Shown one piece after another: positions 58,920 to 64,000 of a stretch of 64,000 nucleotides of DNA. This DNA is from Promethearchaeota archaeon. GTDB lineage: Archaea > Asgardarchaeota > Lokiarchaeia > Sigyniarchaeales > SOKP01. The DNA lies in the NCBI GenBank assembly GCA_016839555.1, contig JAEOUA010000012.1, positions 224,001 through 288,000 of the forward strand, given 5' to 3'. The translations under genes and the position numbers were made by a program. Under the pieces are notes generated by a model. The model was not told the origin of the DNA. It searched no databases and saw only the letters and a list, made by a program, of their open reading frames with translations. Numbering within the stretch: the stretch's first letter is position 1; every line of letters starts with the position of its first letter.

Positions 58920-59390
58920 GTGATTGAAAGAAAGAGTAAAATTTGCTTCATTGGGTCAGCGGAAGTTGGAAAAACTTCCTTGGTGTCCCTACTTCAAGGC
59001 AAACAGCTTGAAGGGTTAACACCCACTGTTGGTCTTGAGATTGAGGACTCCATTTTGGATGGGAAAAAATGTGCAATTTGGGATTTGGGGGGCCAAAAAA
59101 GGTTTCAATTTTTATGGAAGGATTTTTTACGGTCTTCTGGTTTAACCGTATTAGTCTGTGATTCTACGGAAGAAAATATTGTGGAAACTAAAGAAATTTT
59201 GGAAAGATTTTCAACTCATTTAGGTTCTAAAGTAATAGCCATAGCTAATAAGCAAGATCTTGAAAGCTCTCTGAATCCTCAAACTATAGAGAAGAAATTA
59301 GGTATAAAAACATATGGAATGAGCGCCCTAAGGACAGAATTGAGAGAAAAATTGCGAAATATATTAGAGCATGAATTCTCAACCGAATAA
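58920..59390 (+). CDS. Arf-like small GTPase lacking the N-terminal amphipathic helix
   Basis: GSAEVGKT, PTVG, WDLGGQKRFQFLW, ANKQD, MSAL. Confidence 0.88.
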   Translation: MIERKSKICFIGSAEVGKTSLVSLLQGKQLEGLTPTVGLEIEDSILDGKKCAIWDLGGQKRFQFLWKDFLRSSGLTVLVCDSTEENIVETKEILERFSTHLGSKVIAIANKQDLESSLNPQTIEKKLGIKTYGMSALRTELREKLRNILEHEFSTE

Positions 59391-59522
59391 AAATCTTTAT
59401 CTTTTTTTTCTCGTTATTAATGGCTTTTTTCAAACGAGAATTCAAGTTTTAAGTATTATCTTAATATCTATTAGAAATTCGCAAATTGTATACATTAAAT
59501 AAAAATTAAAAATAGAACTGTT

Positions 59523-60092
59523 TTAATAATCTTTAAATATTCTTCCGATAATATGAGCCATTCTTACGGCTTCTGGAAGTTTAGAATCGATGCAACATTT
59601 TTTTAATACTTCCTGAGCTTCCATTAGATCAATACCTATTTTATGAAAATAGAGGGGTGAAAAGCCAGCAGCAGTTTCAATTTTAGTTTCATAGAGATTA
59701 CCCGCATTAAATATATTTTTCATTTTCTTCTTATATGTTTTTGGAAATCTATGTATAAGAGCCTTTTTTACAGAATCAAGATCTACCTCTCGTTCAGTTA
59801 TCGCAATCAGTGGTTTCTGGGTCTTTTTATATATTTCTTTCATATCTATTAAATTAAAGCCTCCAAATGTAATGGTATGCGTACAGACATATTGAATATG
59901 CTTCTTATTTTTTGAAATTAAGTCAATTATTTTCTTAGTAGCGTTTTTTCCATCAATTTTAATTTTTCTTTTTTCAACCTTCACAAGTCGAGTTCCCTGA
60001 CAAATAACGCCAATTAAAAAGGTATAATCTTTACCATTTTTCAGCCTAAAAGTGGCATCATCAATTCCTAATACAATCGGGTGGTCTTTCAT
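59523..60092 (-). CDS. DUF99-family (endonuclease V-like) protein
   Basis: VLGIDDA, IDGKNAT, ITFGGFNLID, KLPEAVRMAHII. Confidence 0.88.
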   Translation of the reverse strand: MKDHPIVLGIDDATFRLKNGKDYTFLIGVICQGTRLVKVEKRKIKIDGKNATKKIIDLISKNKKHIQYVCTHTITFGGFNLIDMKEIYKKTQKPLIAITEREVDLDSVKKALIHRFPKTYKKKMKNIFNAGNLYETKIETAAGFSPLYFHKIGIDLMEAQEVLKKCCIDSKLPEAVRMAHIIGRIFKDY

Positions 60093-60535
60093 TTATTAGG
60101 TAAAAACGGTTTAATTGATATTAAAACTTTTGTAAACGCAGAAGTAGCATTTTCAATTTCGTCAAACCTACGTGTAATATTTCCTGATAAATGAGTTGTT
60201 ATAAGATTAATTAACTCTTGAATAGAAATTTTATTGATTAACCATACATAAGCTACTAGAGCTTCTACTGAATTAGCAAGATCGTGAGCATTTGCTCTAT
60301 TCTTAGCAAAATCTTTCATATTAGCATTTTTAAGGGCGGTGGCTAATATAATTTTATTCACTTTTTGACCTGTTCGAACTATTTGATTTGAGTTGCTTTT
60401 TTTTGTTAAATAAATTGATTTGGCTATAGAATAGGATAAATTAATAATACCATCTCCGATTTTCGCCAAACCTTTATCTGTTCCTATAGCTTTTTTAGTC
60501 TTAGGCAGATTTGTAATTAAAAATTCAAAAGACAT
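60089..60535 (-). CDS. Archaeal RNase III-like (mini-III fold) protein
   Basis: DKGLAKIGDGIINL, GQKVN, LANSVEALVAYVWL. Confidence 0.75.
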   Translation of the reverse strand: MSFEFLITNLPKTKKAIGTDKGLAKIGDGIINLSYSIAKSIYLTKKSNSNQIVRTGQKVNKIILATALKNANMKDFAKNRANAHDLANSVEALVAYVWLINKISIQELINLITTHLSGNITRRFDEIENATSAFTKVLISIKPFLPNK

Positions 60536-60588
60536 AATAGATTTTAGATTAAATTTTAAATAAGTTTTTTAGATGAAAGAAATGAAAA

Positions 60589-61080
60589 TTACATTAAATT
60601 TTTAAAAAGCTTTTGAACCTCTAAAACTTCATTCCTTAAAGAATCGATTCCCTCTCGCAAAATCTCTTTAATATTATATCCCTCTTTTATTTTTATAAAA
60701 ATGCAGGGTAAATCGATATTAGTTTTTTTATATGCTGCTATTGCCACGCTGTTTAAATTTAAAAGATGATTAACCAATATATTGAGGAATCCATGTGATT
60801 GATTTTTTATAACTACTTCAAAGTTATTTTTACCTTCAGCATGATGTATTTCGATATCCAAATATTTATATTGAGGAACCTCTTCTTCCTCCTCCATAAT
60901 AAAATCCAAAGTATCCTCTAATTCCTCTTCAGCTTCTATGATCTCCTCTAATTCCTCCTTCTTCTCTTCAGACTTTTCCTTTTCTTTTTCTTCTTCTATT
61001 TCTGGATATACACTTTGAATATCTTCATCCATTAATTCATCAAATTCATCAATAGACTCATTATTTTTTTTCTTTGCCAT
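60589..61080 (-). CDS. rpoL: RNA polymerase subunit L (Rpo11) with long acidic N-terminal extension
   Basis: Core FEVVIKNQSHGFLNILVNHLL...VAIAAYK; conserved position downstream of csl4; likely start ATG 61080 (MAKKK). Confidence 0.7.
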   Translation of the reverse strand: MAKKKNNESIDEFDELMDEDIQSVYPEIEEEKEKEKSEEKKEELEEIIEAEEELEDTLDFIMEEEEEVPQYKYLDIEIHHAEGKNNFEVVIKNQSHGFLNILVNHLLNLNSVAIAAYKKTNIDLPCIFIKIKEGYNIKEILREGIDSLRNEVLEVQKLFKNLM

Positions 61081-61174
61081 AAAAATACCATCTTCCACGA
61101 TTATATTTTAAATTAGTGAAAAATAGAATAAATTTTTTTTGGTTTAAAATAAATAAGCAAAATAAAATATATTT

Positions 61175-61396
61175 TTATTCTAACCATTTATCAGCTAAAG
61201 CTTTCAATCTCTCAATTGCAAGAAGCTGAAGATCTTGTGGTCCTGAAAGCGTGATTTCTATATCTGATCCTTCCACGATGCATTGTAAATTAATATAATT
61301 CACTTTTTTTTGAATACTTTCCAAAAAAGAGATAGTATTGTCTAATTTTCCTGATTTATTGAAAAAGCGGATGGTTTTTTTACTCAATAGAATCAC
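61175..61396 (-). CDS. Small conserved archaeal protein (DUF2067-like) between csl4 and rpoL
   Basis: FLESIQKKV...IEITLSGP; synteny. Confidence 0.55.
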   Translation of the reverse strand: MILLSKKTIRFFNKSGKLDNTISFLESIQKKVNYINLQCIVEGSDIEITLSGPQDLQLLAIERLKALADKWLE

Positions 61397-61408
61397 AAAA
61401 TAAAAAAG

Positions 61409-61999
61409 TTAATATCTTAAAGTATATGATACTTGTCTATAATCATTAGCAAGTTTTCTATTTTCTATATTGCCACACATTGGGCACCTAAGTTTATTAT
61501 ACCCAATCTTATCTAATTCTGTTCCACATATTGAGCAGTCTGAATGAATCACGCCAAGATCCTTTCCAATAGTACTTAAATCATATTCATTACTCTGTTC
61601 TTTAATCACTTTGGCGCGAATAATATCCGTTTTTTGAAATGCATCGGTTATTTTCTCGATATATTTATTAGAAATTTGAGAAACATGAATATTGCCAAAA
61701 TAAAATGAATTAAAATGCAATTTTCTATTAAGTGTATAAAAATTTAATCCAACTGAATATTTTCTAAGAAAAAGAATCGTTCCTATTACTATATCATTGA
61801 TTTTAACGGTTTTACGATCCGATTCTTGATGTGTTTTTATTTCTATTTTTCTTTTTTCTAAGTCTTTTGAAATTATTCCACTTTTTGATGCAAAAATTTT
61901 CCCATCTTTTATATAAGTAGATTCTTTGTCAGGTAAAAATTCTTCCACGACACCTACATATTCTCCTGTCAAAATAATATCTTTTTCTCTATCTTTCAT
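61409..61999 (-). CDS. csl4: Exosome RNA-binding subunit Csl4
   Basis: GVVEEFLP, IHVSQI, DIIRAKV, DLGVI, CSICG...CPMCGNIENRKLA. Confidence 0.94.
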   Translation of the reverse strand: MKDREKDIILTGEYVGVVEEFLPDKESTYIKDGKIFASKSGIISKDLEKRKIEIKTHQESDRKTVKINDIVIGTILFLRKYSVGLNFYTLNRKLHFNSFYFGNIHVSQISNKYIEKITDAFQKTDIIRAKVIKEQSNEYDLSTIGKDLGVIHSDCSICGTELDKIGYNKLRCPMCGNIENRKLANDYRQVSYTLRY

Positions 62000-62096
62000 T
62001 GTATTCTAAGCCATCCTTTTTAATCTATTCTAATAATTAATATTTTTTACTACAAATAAATTTATTGAAAATAATTTATAAGATAGATATAAGCTA

Positions 62097-62756
62097 ATGG
62101 AGGAAATAAAAATTAAAAAAAAAGAGCTTATTTCAATTGTCCAAAATACTAAAACCTATAAAAATCCAAAAGTTAAATTAGAACAATATACAATCGATGC
62201 ACTTTGTGCTGTTGATATAGTATTTTTTGCGGGTATAGAATTTAATGACATTCAAAACAAGTTAATTATTGATCTTGGAGCTGGTACAGGCAGATTATCA
62301 TTAAGCAGTGCTTTTTTACAACCAAATTATATTATTAGTATCGATTTAGATATTCAAGCTTTATATATATTGATAAAAAATGTAAAAGAATTACATTTAG
62401 AAAAATTAATCTTACCAATTTGTTGTGATGTGAAATCTATTCCCTTAGAAATACAGAATTTAAATAAGGAATATAAAATAACAACTATAATGAATCCTCC
62501 TTTTGGAGTCCAAAAAGCTAAGGCAGATCGTAGTTTTCTTAAATGTGCAATGAGCTTTTCTGATGTGATCTATTCTATCCATCTTACTAATAAGAAAGTT
62601 CAGAAATTTATTGAAAACTTTATTCGTAAATTTGGTTGGGAAATTGATTATATTTTACCATATACTATGATTTTAGAGAAGGCTTTTCCCTTTCATACAC
62701 AAAAAAGAAAACAAATCAAAGTAAACGTCTATAGGTTTATAAAAAGAGAATTTTAA
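62097..62756 (+). CDS. METTL5-family rRNA m6A methyltransferase
   Basis: PKVKLEQYT, DLGAGTGRL, IMNPPFG, ADRSFL, IYSIH, FHTQKRK. Confidence 0.9.
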   Translation: MEEIKIKKKELISIVQNTKTYKNPKVKLEQYTIDALCAVDIVFFAGIEFNDIQNKLIIDLGAGTGRLSLSSAFLQPNYIISIDLDIQALYILIKNVKELHLEKLILPICCDVKSIPLEIQNLNKEYKITTIMNPPFGVQKAKADRSFLKCAMSFSDVIYSIHLTNKKVQKFIENFIRKFGWEIDYILPYTMILEKAFPFHTQKRKQIKVNVYRFIKREF

Positions 62757-62778
62757 CCTTTATAAGAGAAATATGAAG

Positions 62779-63168
62779 TTATTTCTCATCTGAAGTATTA
62801 ATTTTGTCATATTCTTCAGTCAATATTCTAATTGCATTTTCCATATCTCTAAGTGCTCGTTTCTTTTCTGCGGCTGACATATCGGAGAATTTGATATCTT
62901 TATCCGTTCCCATAATTGATTTTAATCGATTTAATAGTTCCGGCACCTCTTTTTTAATAGTATCTAAATAAACAGTCGAATCAAGAGATTTTTCTCTAGA
63001 AATCTGAGCTTTTTTCTTTAATCTATCAATACTTTGCAATTCATTTTCTATATTTTTTATTGAATTGCTAAGCTCTAATAATTCCTTTGCTGTATTTTGA
63101 ATAAATATACTAAATTTATTTAAAAAATTGCTTAATATATCCCCTATTTTGTATTTTTCAGAGGAAAT
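62779..63168 (-). CDS. Hypothetical coiled-coil protein, 129 aa, probable AUU start
   Basis: Frame continues 43 codons upstream of the tracked TTG to ATT 63168, which lies 6 nt after a GGTGA SD: (M)SSEKYKIGDILSNFLNKF... Confidence 0.65.
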   Translation of the reverse strand: MSSEKYKIGDILSNFLNKFSIFIQNTAKELLELSNSIKNIENELQSIDRLKKKAQISREKSLDSTVYLDTIKKEVPELLNRLKSIMGTDKDIKFSDMSAAEKKRALRDMENAIRILTEEYDKINTSDEK

Positions 63169-63363
63169 TTTTAATCACCATTTTAAAAATATCTAATTTA
63201 ATTTCATAATAGAGATGTCTAATATATCTTTTTGTTTTAGAATGAAATATGAAATTATTATTTGGAGTATCGTTATTTCATTAATCCTAAATAGTTAATC
63301 AAAAGAATTATAAATCAAAAAGAAAAAAAAGAATAATAATACTATTTTTAATTTTTATCTTTC

Positions 63364-64000
63364 TTATTGAAAATTTTTCCAACTTTTAAAATTTGTAGGA
63401 TACTGTGCTTTTTCTCCTAAAGTTTCTTCAATTCGAAGCAGCTGGTTATATTTTGAACATCTATCACTTCTACATGTAGCACCGCTCTTTATCTGTCCGG
63501 AACATAGTCCTACGGCTAAATCGGCAATAAAAGTGTCTGAGGTTTCACCAGATCTATGAGACAACATCACATTGAAATTATTTTCAAACGCTAATTTTGC
63601 AGAATTAATTGCTTCTGTAAGCGAACCTATTTGATTTACTTTTAAGAGCAAAGCATTACCAGCCCCTTGATTAATTGCTTTTCTTAAGATATTCATATTT
63701 GTAACAGTAAGATCATCATCCACAATTTGGACAGATTCGTCAATCTTATTAGTCAACTTAGTAAATCCCATAAATGCCTTCTGATCAAAAGGATCCTCAA
63801 TAGATTTTAGGGGATACTCATTAATTAAATCTAAATAATATTGTAGCAATTCATTCTCATCTAATTGTTTTCCATCAATTTCATATTTTTCTCCATTATA
63901 AAATTCGCTTGCTGCGGCGTCAATCGCTAATATAAATTCTTTTCCTAGCGAAAATCCCCTTTCTTCAATCGCTTCAATTATTACATCAAGAGCTTCTCGA
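63364..64000 (-). CDS. eno: Enolase (C-terminal part; 5' end beyond window)
   Basis: AIDAAASEFY, SIEDPF, DDLTVTN, LLKVNQIG, SHRSGET, QIKSGA, KYNQLLRIEE. Confidence 0.97.
   Translation of the reverse strand, partial: REALDVIIEAIEERGFSLGKEFILAIDAAASEFYNGEKYEIDGKQLDENELLQYYLDLINEYPLKSIEDPFDQKAFMGFTKLTNKIDESVQIVDDDLTVTNMNILRKAINQGAGNALLLKVNQIGSLTEAINSAKLAFENNFNVMLSHRSGETSDTFIADLAVGLCSGQIKSGATCRSDRCSKYNQLLRIEETLGEKAQYPTNFKSWKNFQ

Noticed and set aside
1-64000. CRISPR array, rRNA or replication origin
   Set aside because: No regularly spaced repeats, no GC-rich rRNA-like stretch, and no cdc6/orc1 or ORB-like G-string repeats seen

Overview
Very AT-rich archaeal chromosomal window whose gene content points to Asgard archaea, most likely Lokiarchaeia: three small GTPases (Rag-, Rab- and Arf-like), a histone, eS25, selenoprotein HdrA/MvhD with a eukaryote-type SECIS, and archaeal replication/translation genes (PCNA, PriL/PriS, GINS, RPA14, TFS, aIF2alpha, Nop10, uS13/uS4/uS11, EF-1alpha, RpoL, Csl4). 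Much of the interesting signal lies outside the supplied ORF track. (i) hdrA (26094-28094, two in-frame UGA) and an unlisted mvhD (28116-28535, two in-frame UGA) are followed by one SECIS-like hairpin (28536-28571) that abuts the mvhD UGA stop and sits upstream of an FrhB-type gene, so one element may recode four UGA codons across two cistrons. (ii) A close homologue of the eukaryotic 18S rRNA m7G methyltransferase Bud23 lies head-to-head with eS25. (iii) An operon encodes two membrane left-handed beta-helix proteins, a tandem metallophosphoesterase and a ThiI-like protein that has lost its PP-loop. (iv) At least three genes apparently start at AUA/AUU-type codons. (v) A nested palindromic operator lies in front of a dtxR-padR-hsp20 operon. 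(vi) Two 5'-truncated genes (HEPN-like and HNH-like) are joined head-to-head upstream of EF-1alpha. Also present: a >1200-aa DUF2341/PA14 surface protein running off the left edge, tRNA-Ser(CGA), an orphan N6-adenine methyltransferase and a partial enolase at the right edge. No CRISPR array, rRNA or intact transposase was seen. All family assignments come from motif recognition by eye; no searches were run.
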